From contig CAVUMN010000004.1 of the NCBI GenBank assembly GCA_963742735.1, positions 1,024,001-1,088,000 of the forward strand: a stretch of 64,000 bases of DNA. Direction: 5' to 3'. This DNA is from an uncultured Actinomycetes bacterium. GTDB taxonomy: Bacteria; Actinomycetota; UBA4738; JBBDTT01. The translations under genes were made by a program, and so were the position numbers. Under the pieces are notes generated by a model. That model had not been told where the DNA came from, ran no database searches, and saw only the letters and a list, made by a program, of their open reading frames with translations. Within the stretch, counting starts at the first letter, position 1; each line of letters begins with the position of its first letter. This document shows positions 1-7,985 of this stretch, one piece after another.

Positions 1-300
1 CGCGCGAGAGGTGGTCCCGTTGGGCGTGGAGACGATGGTCGTCTCGAGCCAGTCGGGCGCGTTCTCGGGCACGCGCTTCTGGAAGAACGACGAGCCGGTC
101 GCCCCGTTCGGGAATCGCTGCAGCAGAAGCGGGCGGCCGCCCATGGTTCGCATCACGGCCTCGGCGAAGCGCAGGTAGTGGTTGACCAGGTCGAGCTTCG
201 TCTCGCCGCGCTCCGGGAACATCACCTTGCGCGGGTTGCTGATCGTGACCTCGTGGCCGTCGATCTCGAGGGGTTCCTCGTCCTTCGGTTTGGCCGCCAC
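1..300 (-). CDS. LigD-type primase-polymerase domain protein, N-terminal part (runs off the window edge)
   Basis: Manual translation from GTG at 300: MAAKPKDEEPLEIDGHEVTISNPRKVMFPERGETKLDLVNHY...RPLLLQRFPNG...FFQKRVP, typical of the LigD Pol domain. Not in the ORF track. Confidence 0.85.
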   Translation of the reverse strand, partial: MAAKPKDEEPLEIDGHEVTISNPRKVMFPERGETKLDLVNHYLRFAEAVMRTMGGRPLLLQRFPNGATGSSFFQKRVPENAPDWLETTIVSTPNGTTSRA

Positions 301-310
301 GGGCCCGATG

Positions 311-607
311 CTAGCGCGAGTGCTTCCGCCGGCCTCCGAGGAAGCCACCACCGAACAGAATCCCGGTGCCGAGCACGAAGCCGAAGTCGTACCAGTTCCC
401 TCGGTTGTGCACCTCGTAGACGCTCACGTCGTCGGTGAACAGGGAGATGAAGAAGGTGAACGGGGCGATGATGCCCTGCCACAGGCCGCGCCAGAACCCG
501 GCGACGCCCTTGCCCTCCTGGGGCATCCCGACCTCGGGGTTCGGCCCGGGCACGCAGGCGACCAGCAGGATCAGCAGGACGACGGCGGCGAGGGCGGCCT
601 TGCGCAT
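311..607 (-). CDS. Small membrane protein or lipoprotein
   Basis: C-terminal part of ORF 311..1504: MRKAALAAVVLLILLVAC lipobox, then GFWRGLWQG...YEVHNRGNWYDFGF. Start abuts the stop of the upstream gene. Confidence 0.75.
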   Translation of the reverse strand: MRKAALAAVVLLILLVACVPGPNPEVGMPQEGKGVAGFWRGLWQGIIAPFTFFISLFTDDVSVYEVHNRGNWYDFGFVLGTGILFGGGFLGGRRKHSR

Positions 608-2091
608 CACGCTCCCATTCTCGCAGCGCTTCGAGTCGCCGGGGCGCAACGTCCGGGAAGCAGCGATGCCCCGGCGATCTGCCGCGCCGTGACCGTCGAG
701 CCGCCGCGGGCGTCGTCCCCCCACACGAGGTGGGCCATGCCGCAGCGGTCGATGGCGATGCTCTGGAAGTCGCGAAGGCTCCAGTCGTAGAGCCTCGAGC
801 CGAGGTTGCCGGCGGCGTTGATCCCGCCGGTGTGCACCGGACGTGCGCCGCTGACCCGGCTCCGGCGGATCACGGGATGGTCGGTTGCGGCGTTCACGAC
901 CTGGGCGAACATCTCCGCCCACATGGCGTCCTCCGAGGTGAAGTCGGGGGAGGCCGATCCGTACCACGAGAGGGCGACCCGGCCCGGGCCGCCCGCCACG
1001 AGCGCGGGCATGACGTTCGAGCCCGTGCCGGGCGCGTCGATCCTGGCCGGGGCGCTCCAGCTCGCGCCACCGTCCCGGGAGTGGGTCAGGTAGATGTGGG
1101 TCTCGGTCCCGGTTCCCAGGCGCAGGGAGAACGCCGAGTACAGCGTTCCAGCGCGGTCGATGGCCAACGCGGGAAGCACGTGGGCCAGGCTCCCTCCGCG
1201 GGCGGACGGGCCGAAGGCTTCCACCACGTCCAGGGCCAGGTGATTGGTCCAGGTCCGCCCGGCGTCCTCGGATGTGGCCAGCCAGAGCTGGGGCAGCGGG
1301 AACTCCCGGGCGGGTTGTCCGGCCTGCGGGGAGGGGACACCGGCGAGATCGGACAGTGCGCCCGTCGCGTAGAGCAGGTACAGGCGATCCCGGCGCACGG
1401 GGTCGATGAGCGGCCGGCTCGTCAGCGCCAGCGAAGCCACGTGCTCGAGCCCCGTCACCAGCGTGGGGCCTGAGAAGGTCCTCGCGTGGTCCGCGGAGCG
1501 CCACACGACGACGTTGCCGATCCCCTCGCTGTTGAACATGAAGACCGATCCGGGGTGCCGGGGGTCGGCGACGAGCCAGGGCCGGTCGGGCTGGTCCGTG
1601 CCGTGGGGCGGCGGGAACGCCGCCGGACCGTGCCAGGTCTTCCCGTCCGGCGAGGCGAACACCTGGACCCTCGGGCTGAAAGGCTCCTCCGGCGGGTCCG
1701 CGTACCCCAGGTTCAGGACGTACAGGTGTCCGTCCGGCCCGATCGCGGCGTCGGCGTCACCCGTGAACGCGGCGGTGGGGTCGAGGTCCCGACCCGTTGC
1801 CCAGGTCCGTCCGTCGTCGCGTGAGATCCACCACGTGGGCGGCACGCCCGCGTTCGCCTGGGCCGCGCTCACGATGGCGGTCCGCCCCCGCCCGAAGACG
1901 ATCCCGGGCTCCGCGAACGATGCCGGCGGCGCGCCGGCCGGTACGGGCAGCGTCGTCGTGCTCCACCGGAAGGAGGGGGCGGCGCGACCGGCGGCCGTCA
2001 CCGGGGCGGTGCCCCACGCCTGGACGAGGGCGGCGATCAACACGCAGCAGCCCAGCGCCGCCGCCAGCTTCCGGCCTCCGCCCTGGGCCAC
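607..2091 (-). CDS. Secreted sialidase-like / BNR (Asp-box) repeat protein
   Basis: Signal-peptide-like N-terminus after GTG 2091. Asp-box repeats SRDDGRTW, SPDGKTW, SADHARTF, SEDAGRTW, SRDGGASW. Start inferred. Confidence 0.75.
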   Translation of the reverse strand: MAQGGGRKLAAALGCCVLIAALVQAWGTAPVTAAGRAAPSFRWSTTTLPVPAGAPPASFAEPGIVFGRGRTAIVSAAQANAGVPPTWWISRDDGRTWATGRDLDPTAAFTGDADAAIGPDGHLYVLNLGYADPPEEPFSPRVQVFASPDGKTWHGPAAFPPPHGTDQPDRPWLVADPRHPGSVFMFNSEGIGNVVVWRSADHARTFSGPTLVTGLEHVASLALTSRPLIDPVRRDRLYLLYATGALSDLAGVPSPQAGQPAREFPLPQLWLATSEDAGRTWTNHLALDVVEAFGPSARGGSLAHVLPALAIDRAGTLYSAFSLRLGTGTETHIYLTHSRDGGASWSAPARIDAPGTGSNVMPALVAGGPGRVALSWYGSASPDFTSEDAMWAEMFAQVVNAATDHPVIRRSRVSGARPVHTGGINAAGNLGSRLYDWSLRDFQSIAIDRCGMAHLVWGDDARGGSTVTARQIAGASLLPGRCAPATRSAARMGA

Positions 2092-2207
2092 GTCAGGATC
2101 GTACCGAGCCCGGCCGCCCGTGTAACGTCCGGGCGACCTCCGACCAAGTACGGGTGTAGCCGAAAAGCGAGGAGGGGCGTGGTCGTGGCGGGTCGAGCTC
2201 GAGAGAG

Positions 2208-2430
2208 GTGCACCGGATCGCGAATGACCCGGAGGCGCTCGAGGCCTTCTGTCGAGCCCACGTCGACCGGGTGCAGCGGTTCGTGGCCCGCCGGACGGCC
2301 GATCCGTATCTGGCCGCCGACCTGACCGCCGAGGTGTTCCTGGCCGCGATCGGCTCGGCCCACACCTACCGCTCCGGTCTCGGGGAGCCCGCGTATTGGC
2401 TCTACGGCATCGCGCGCAACGTCGTCGCAC
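2208..2430 (+). pseudogene. Truncated ECF sigma factor (region 2 only)
   Basis: ALEAFCRAHVDRVQRFVARRTADPYLAADLTAEVFLAA...WLYGIARNVVA is sigma70 region 2. Similarity stops at about 2430 and no region 4 follows. Confidence 0.65.
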
Positions 2431-2436
2431 CCGGAC

Positions 2437-2530
2437 GGCTGAGTAGGGCGTTCCGGGATCGAGGCGCCGGCCCCGGACCGGATAGTCTCCCGGCATCGCG
2501 AGAGCGGGCCCCGAAAAGGGGCTCGCTTTC
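2437..2530 (+). other. Candidate structured leader RNA with a terminator-like hairpin upstream of the DUF1697 gene
   Basis: Stem TCCGGG(2452-2457)/CCCGGA(2472-2477). Hairpin GAGAGCGGGCCCC-GAAAA-GGGGCTCGCTTTC (2500-2530) just before RBS GAGGAGG. Confidence 0.4.
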
Positions 2531-2551
2531 TGGGTTGAGAGGAGGCACGCG

Positions 2552-3097
2552 GTGGCCCTCTACGTCGCCCTGCTGCGTGGGATCAACGTCGGCGGCAAGA
2601 ACCTGATCAAGATGTCGGCGCTGAAGGACTGCTTCGAGGCCGGCGGGTTCGACGAGGTCGCCACCTACATCGCGAGCGGGAACGTCCTGTTTCGCGCCAC
2701 CGAGGCAGCTCCGGCCCTCACGGAGCGCATCGAAAAGCTCCTCAGCAAGACGTTCGACTACCGGGCGGCCGTCGTGGTCCGGAGCCATACCCAGATGCGC
2801 GCGATCGTCGAGGGTGCGCCGAAGCGGTTCGGCGCCGATCCCGCGACGTACCACTCCGACGTCATCTTTCTGAAGCCGCCGCTCACGGCGAAGGCCGCGC
2901 TGAAGCAGATGCCCACGAAGGAGGGCGTCGACGAGGCCCACGCGGGCCGGGGAGCGATCTACTTCGCGCGGCTCTCGAGCAAGGCGGCGCAGAGCCGTCT
3001 GAGCCGTGTCGTGTCCATGCCCATCTACCAGAGCATGACCATCCGCAGCTGGAGCACGACGACGAAGCTGCAGCGGCTGATCGAGGAACGATCGTGA
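2552..3097 (+). CDS. DUF1697 family protein
   Basis: YVALLRGINVGGKN..IKM..L...TYIASGNVLF signature; RBS GAGGAGG. Confidence 0.9.
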   Translation: MALYVALLRGINVGGKNLIKMSALKDCFEAGGFDEVATYIASGNVLFRATEAAPALTERIEKLLSKTFDYRAAVVVRSHTQMRAIVEGAPKRFGADPATYHSDVIFLKPPLTAKAALKQMPTKEGVDEAHAGRGAIYFARLSSKAAQSRLSRVVSMPIYQSMTIRSWSTTTKLQRLIEERS

Positions 3098-3190
3098 CCG
3101 GGTACGCGCGGGCGGCGGCCGTCTTCCTGGCCGTGATGGCGGTCTTCGACGACACCTGCGGCAACCTGATCCAGCTCGCCAGCATGAAGT
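3094..3190 (+). pseudogene. Remnant of a VOC/glyoxalase family gene (C-terminal fragment)
   Basis: AVFDDTCGNLIQLAS is the typical VOC C-terminus; no N-terminal part is present. Confidence 0.5.
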
Positions 3191-3286
3191 ACGGGCGCCG
3201 ACGAGATCCGGTTCCGGCCACTGGCCGAGCTCGAAGACGCGAGCGACAAGCCGATCGCCGTGTGACCTCGGGGCGGTGAGCTTCGC

Positions 3287-3811
3287 CTACGCGTTCCGGT
3301 CGAGCTTCTCCTGCACCGACTTCTCGGCCCGGCTCAGCTCCTCGCGCGCCTTCTGCACCTGACGGCTCAGCTTCTCGTGCTTCCCCTGCTCCCACTCGTC
3401 GATCCGCTGACGCGCGGACTCGACCTTCGGAGAGACGGGGGCCTTGTCCAGCCCCTCGCGCCCACGCATCGCGCGACGCGTGATCTTGGCGCGGCGCGAC
3501 GTCTCGGCACGTTCGAGCTTGGCGAGCCCCTTGTCGAACTCGCCGCGAACCTGCGCGCGGAGCTTCTCGTGCGCCGCCTGCCGGGACATCCCGAGCGCTT
3601 TGCCGACGTCGGTCCAGGACGACGTGCCCGCGGTAGCGGCTCGAGCCGCCTCCTTGGCCCGGTCACTGATGATCTCGCCCAGCCTCTTGGTGGCGATCAG
3701 GGCCTCGATCGGCCGGCCATCCCGGATCGCGTCCTCGAGGTACCCGTCGACCGCGTTGATCGTCGCGTCGCCCTCGGGGGAGAGCTCGTAGCTCATCGTG
3801 CGCTCGTCCAT
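3287..3811 (-). CDS. HTH-domain protein with coiled-coil C-terminus
   Basis: SWTDVGKALGMSRQAAHEK helix-turn-helix; leaderless promoter directly upstream. Confidence 0.75.
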   Translation of the reverse strand: MDERTMSYELSPEGDATINAVDGYLEDAIRDGRPIEALIATKRLGEIISDRAKEAARAATAGTSSWTDVGKALGMSRQAAHEKLRAQVRGEFDKGLAKLERAETSRRAKITRRAMRGREGLDKAPVSPKVESARQRIDEWEQGKHEKLSRQVQKAREELSRAEKSVQEKLDRNA

Positions 3812-3815
3812 GGCC

Positions 3816-3859
3816 GTCAGGATATCCTGACAGGTGGCGGCCTGTCAAGATGCCCTGAC
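3816..3859 (-). promoter_or_regulatory. Sigma70-type promoter overlapped by two palindromic operators (probably autoregulatory)
   Basis: Minus strand TTGACA-N18-TATCCT, 7 nt before ATG 3811. Palindromes GTCAGGATATCCTGAC (3816-3831, perfect) and GTCAAGATGCCCTGAC (3844-3859). Confidence 0.7.
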
Positions 3860-3881
3860 GCCGAGATTCGAGCCATCCACC

Positions 3882-4292
3882 CTAGTGCCAGCCGCGAACG
3901 CGCCCGGCCTGTTCGATCCACTCGGCCATCGTGGGGGCCTGCGCCTCCTCGAGCGTCGTCACCTTCGCGTAGCGGGTCCGATCGGTGGTTCCAAGCGGCG
4001 GCGGCGGGTCGAACTCCGCGCCGCCGAAGAACACGACGTTCACGGAGACGTCGTAGGCGACCATCTCGATCAGCCACCCGAGCTCCGGCGTCCCGTAGTA
4101 CGCCTTCTTCCACTTGACGGCGTAGTGAAGGCCGGGGAGCGCCTCGCGGATCAGCTCGTCCAGCCCTTTGACGATGGGATGCAGGGCGGGCATCACGCTG
4201 CCGATCCAGTCGTCGATCTCGGCATGGCTCTCCGTCGGCACCGGCGGCTTCCGGACCGAGCTCGACCCCGGAGTCTTCCCCTTCGGTTTCAT
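3882..4292 (-). CDS. DUF1801 family protein
   Basis: LDELIREALPGLHYAVKWKKAYYG...; ATG 4292 with RBS GAGGAGG. Confidence 0.8.
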   Translation of the reverse strand: MKPKGKTPGSSSVRKPPVPTESHAEIDDWIGSVMPALHPIVKGLDELIREALPGLHYAVKWKKAYYGTPELGWLIEMVAYDVSVNVVFFGGAEFDPPPPLGTTDRTRYAKVTTLEEAQAPTMAEWIEQAGRVRGWH

Positions 4293-4300
4293 TCCTCCTC

Positions 4301-4660
4301 CTACGGCGTCCGCATCGACTGGTAGGGGGTGAACAGTTGGGGGGGTCCGCCGCCGGCTAACTTGGCTCTGAGCTCTGCGCTCGGCTCGCCGAGGAGCTCG
4401 CCGTGAACCACGTCGACCGTCGCGAGGACCGCGTCCGCGAGGTCGCCGATGTTCGCGGCGTGCTCGATGAGCGCCTCGGAGTCCCTGAACCGCTCGAGCA
4501 TGACGCACTCGGACTCGTCCTCGTTGAAGAAGAGGTCGTATTGGAGCGTGCCGGTGTCCTTGGTCCGCACGATCTCCAGGGCTTGAGCGGACAAGCGCTT
4601 GAACTCCTCGACCTTGCCCTCGTGGAACTTGAACCGCGCGATACCGTGAAGCTCACTCAT
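4301..4660 (-). CDS. Putative quinol / antibiotic biosynthesis monooxygenase (ABM) protein
   Basis: ARFKFHEGKVEEFKRL...DTGTLQYDLF...ERFRDSEALIEH; RBS GGAGG. Confidence 0.8.
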   Translation of the reverse strand: MSELHGIARFKFHEGKVEEFKRLSAQALEIVRTKDTGTLQYDLFFNEDESECVMLERFRDSEALIEHAANIGDLADAVLATVDVVHGELLGEPSAELRAKLAGGGPPQLFTPYQSMRTP

Positions 4661-4809
4661 GGCTCCGACCTCCAGCTCGTGCGTTCGGGTTGGCCTGATC
4701 GGGGAAGTATTCAACCTTCCGTCCGGCGTGACGCGCAGGCCTTGCGCTTTCTGTAGCCCTGCGTGATCATCGGGTACGGCGCGCCCCAACGCGCACGGAG
4801 GGAGGGATC

Positions 4810-5358
4810 GTGGGCACAGACTTGCAGTCGCGCAACATCGCGTATCTGTTCCAGGTCTGGGACACGAACGATACGGGGGAGCTCACCTGGGCCGACTACG
4901 AAGGCGTGGTCGACCGTCTCATTAGTGAATCCGGCCAGCCTGCTGGCGGCGACGCCCATGGGATGCTGACCGACGTCTTCAAGGCCGACTGGGCGGAGCT
5001 GACGAAGTCGGCCGACAAGGACGCGAACGGCTCGATCACTCCCGGCGAGTGGAACGCATACCACGTCAACATGGTGTCCACGGACGACGGATACCAGGTG
5101 GCGGTCGACTCGTTCGCCGAGGTGATCCTCCGGGTGGTCGACAGCGACCAGGACGGCGTGGTCTCCAAGAGCGACTACGGGAAGATCTTCACGGCGTTCA
5201 ACATCGACCCCGGGAAGGTCGACGAGGCGTTCGACAAGCTGGACTCGGACGACGACGGCAAGATCTCGGCGGACGAGCTCCGGCAGGCCGCGAAGGACTA
5301 CTTCCGTCCCGCGAGCGAGGACGCTCCCGGAAACTGGCTGTTCGGCTCGCCCGCGTAG
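4810..5358 (+). CDS. EF-hand calcium-binding protein (calerythrin-like)
   Basis: Four EF-hand loops DTNDTGELTWAD, DKDANGSITPGE, DSDQDGVVSKSD, DSDDDGKISADE; C-terminal PGNWLFG. Confidence 0.9.
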   Translation: MGTDLQSRNIAYLFQVWDTNDTGELTWADYEGVVDRLISESGQPAGGDAHGMLTDVFKADWAELTKSADKDANGSITPGEWNAYHVNMVSTDDGYQVAVDSFAEVILRVVDSDQDGVVSKSDYGKIFTAFNIDPGKVDEAFDKLDSDDDGKISADELRQAAKDYFRPASEDAPGNWLFGSPA

Positions 5359-5414
5359 CGACGAGCCCAACCGGCAGGAACGACCGCCCCCGAGGCCGCA
5401 GAGGAGTCGAGGCG

Positions 5415-6659
5415 ATGGTATTTCAGCCAGCAGCCGCGATGGTGCTCGAGCGCGCAACCTCGGGGGCGGTCGTACTCCGGTCCGATTTCGATGTGCTGTC
5501 CAGGAGGATCCACGGAAAGCCGCTGATCTATCTGGACAGCGCGGCGACGAGCCTCAAGCCGCGCGCGGTCATCGCGGCCATGAATGCCTACTACGCGCAG
5601 TACCCCGGCAACGTCTTCCGGGGCAACCACCTGCTGGCAGAGGAGGCCTCGGACGCCTTCGACGCCGCCCGGACGGCGGTCGCCGAACACATCGGCGGAG
5701 ACCCGCTCGAGGTCACGTTCTGGGCCAACACCACCGACGCCATCAACGCCGTCGCCCGGGGGCTCCGCCTCACGACCGAGGACCGCGTGGTGGTCCCGGT
5801 CAGTGAGCACCATTCGAACTTCCTGCCCTGGCTCCGCGGCGCCAGTGTGGACCTCGTGCCGGTCGATCGTGAGGGGTTCGTCGACCCGGCGGAGATCCGC
5901 TCGCGGCTCGAGCGCGGTCCGCGTCCGCGCCTCGTGGCCCTCGGCCATGTGTCCAACGTCACCGGCGCGATCCAGGACGTCGCGCAGATCGGCCGGCTGT
6001 GCAACGAGTTCGGCGTCCCCCTGCTGGTGGACGGGGCGCAGGCCGCCCCCCATCTGCCGGTGGACGTCGAGGAGCTCGGCTGCAGCTTCTACGCCTTCTC
6101 GGCGCACAAGATGCTCGGCCCCACCGGCGTCGGGGCCCTGTGGGGCCGGCTGGACGAGATGGAGCGACTCGAGCCGGTCCGCCTGGGCGGCGGGACCGTG
6201 CTGCGCGTCCAGAAAGACCGCTTCGAGCTCAAGGATCCGCCTCACAACTTCGAGGCGGGTACGCCCAACATCGCCGGGGTGATCGGGTTCGGAGCCGCGA
6301 TCCGCTACCTGCAGGCGGTGCCCGAGCGGGCCGCCGCCGAGACGGAGCGTCGGCTGGCCGGCCGGATGCTGGAGCGGGCCGCGGGGCACTCCCAGCTCCG
6401 CGTGCTGGGACCGCAGACGACCGACCGGCGCATCGCCCTGGTGACGCTCCTGGTGGACGGGCCCCAGTCGGCGGACCTCCTGTCGTTCAAGCTGTCCGAC
6501 CGTCACGCCGTGATGACCCGCAGCGGCACCCACTGCGCACAGCCGTTCTTCAGCTCGATCGGCGCCCCGACCAGCGTGCGCCTGTCCGCGTACCTCTACA
6601 CGACGGTCGGGGAGATCGACACGGCGTTCGACGCCATCGAGAGCATCCTGGCGGACTGA
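5415..6659 (+). CDS. SufS-type (group II) cysteine desulfurase
   Basis: YLDSAATSLKP, PLP lysine in FSAHKMLGPTG, EAGTPNIAG, catalytic Cys in RSGTHCAQP. No other suf genes nearby. Confidence 0.9.
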   Translation: MVFQPAAAMVLERATSGAVVLRSDFDVLSRRIHGKPLIYLDSAATSLKPRAVIAAMNAYYAQYPGNVFRGNHLLAEEASDAFDAARTAVAEHIGGDPLEVTFWANTTDAINAVARGLRLTTEDRVVVPVSEHHSNFLPWLRGASVDLVPVDREGFVDPAEIRSRLERGPRPRLVALGHVSNVTGAIQDVAQIGRLCNEFGVPLLVDGAQAAPHLPVDVEELGCSFYAFSAHKMLGPTGVGALWGRLDEMERLEPVRLGGGTVLRVQKDRFELKDPPHNFEAGTPNIAGVIGFGAAIRYLQAVPERAAAETERRLAGRMLERAAGHSQLRVLGPQTTDRRIALVTLLVDGPQSADLLSFKLSDRHAVMTRSGTHCAQPFFSSIGAPTSVRLSAYLYTTVGEIDTAFDAIESILAD

Positions 6660-6672
6660 GGCCCGCGCGGGC

Positions 6673-7788
6673 TCAGGGTCCCGCGGCGCCCGTCAGCGTC
6701 CCGAGGAGCCAGCCGAGGACCAACACGCCCCCCGCCGCCAGCAGTACGGAGGAGACGGCGGCGCCGATCGCGTAGGTCACGTACAGGCGACGCAGCCTCG
6801 CGGGGACAACCGGCGCCGGCTCGGTGGAGCGGCCGAGCGCCCGCTTCACCCAGCCGGTGACGTGGTCGATCGACCGGCGCCGCAGGTTCGGCGTGTCGAC
6901 CGCGTTCGACAGAAGCAGATAGCCGTCACCGCTGAGGAAGGGGATGAGCGTGCGCACCGCCCCGATGAGGTTGACCACCATGAAGGCGACGGCGCCCCGG
7001 GCGGCGAGACCTCCCGGCGGGGACCCCCACCACGCCAGCGTCGCAAGGGCCCACAGGACGATGGTGGCGAACGGGCCGGCGATGATCACGCCGGCGCGGC
7101 TCCGCCGGTCCGGAAAGAGCCAGGCGTCGCTGACGTCGGTGTAGAACCGGGGCAGCAGGTAGTGCAGGATTGCGCCCATCCGCCGCACGCTGCCGCCGTG
7201 GGCTTTCACGGCCAGGCCGTGCATGAGCTCGTGGATCGAGACGCTGACGACCAGGGCCGGGACCAGGAGCCCGACCCCCGCGGGTGAGGCCAGGGTCTCG
7301 ATCCCGTCCAGGACTTCGCCGAGCTCCAGGACCCACACCCCCGCAGCCACCAGGATCGGGACGGCCGCGGCGAGCACGAAGGCCCGGGAGAACAGGAAGC
7401 GCGTGCCGCGCAGGAGCCCCGTCAGGAACCGGTCGGGATCGACCTCGAACGGCAGACGAACGTAGAACAGCTTCCGGAGCGGGCCACCGGAGATCCCCAG
7501 GTCCTCCTCCGGTCCGGCGACCTCCTCTCCCGGAGCGACGATGAGCTGCAGCCCGTGGAGGCGGTCGCGGAACCGCTCCAGATTCTCGATGGGGGCGACC
7601 ACGCCGTGCTCGGTCTCGAGCCGGCCCCGGATCTCCTCGAGGGTCGAGGCGCCGTCGAAGTGGCGCGCCACGAGCATCTCGGCGGCGCCCAGCCGCACGA
7701 AGGTGTTGCGGACCGGGTCCTTGACGACGAAGTGGGACTCCTGCGGGACGATGACGAGATCGGGACGCAGGCGCAGCAGCCGCGTCAC
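6673..7788 (-). CDS. M50-family membrane metalloprotease with N-terminal PqqD/RRE-like domain
   Basis: N-terminal FVVKDPVRNTFVRLG...HFDGASTLEEI (RRE-like), HELMH zinc motif, FYTDVSDAW, PFLSGDGY, several TM segments. GTG 7788 overlaps the upstream stop (GTGA). Confidence 0.85.
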   Translation of the reverse strand: MTRLLRLRPDLVIVPQESHFVVKDPVRNTFVRLGAAEMLVARHFDGASTLEEIRGRLETEHGVVAPIENLERFRDRLHGLQLIVAPGEEVAGPEEDLGISGGPLRKLFYVRLPFEVDPDRFLTGLLRGTRFLFSRAFVLAAAVPILVAAGVWVLELGEVLDGIETLASPAGVGLLVPALVVSVSIHELMHGLAVKAHGGSVRRMGAILHYLLPRFYTDVSDAWLFPDRRSRAGVIIAGPFATIVLWALATLAWWGSPPGGLAARGAVAFMVVNLIGAVRTLIPFLSGDGYLLLSNAVDTPNLRRRSIDHVTGWVKRALGRSTEPAPVVPARLRRLYVTYAIGAAVSSVLLAAGGVLVLGWLLGTLTGAAGP

Positions 7789-7985
7789 AGAGCCACCTTG
7801 TACTCGAGCTGTTCCACCTCCTCGAGATCGAGCACGGTGCCCGCCTTCACGAAGATCTCGGAGAGGCTGAGCGATCCGGGTCTGATCTCGACCAGCTCCA
7901 CCGACACGCCCGGGAGCGGGTCGACCTGCCACTCCAGGAAGTCGGCCTCGACGCCGGGGGGCGGCGCGAACGGTCCCTCGGTCAC
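7785..7985 (-). CDS. Putative pearlin scaffold/carrier peptide (66 aa)
   Basis: MTEGPFAPPPGVEADFLEWQVDPLPGVSVELVEIRPGSLSLSEIFVKAGTVLDLEEVEQLEYKVAL. GTGA overlaps at both ends (7982-7985, 7785-7788). The acidic C-terminus resembles TglA/AmmA-type carriers. Confidence 0.75.
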   Translation of the reverse strand: MTEGPFAPPPGVEADFLEWQVDPLPGVSVELVEIRPGSLSLSEIFVKAGTVLDLEEVEQLEYKVAL

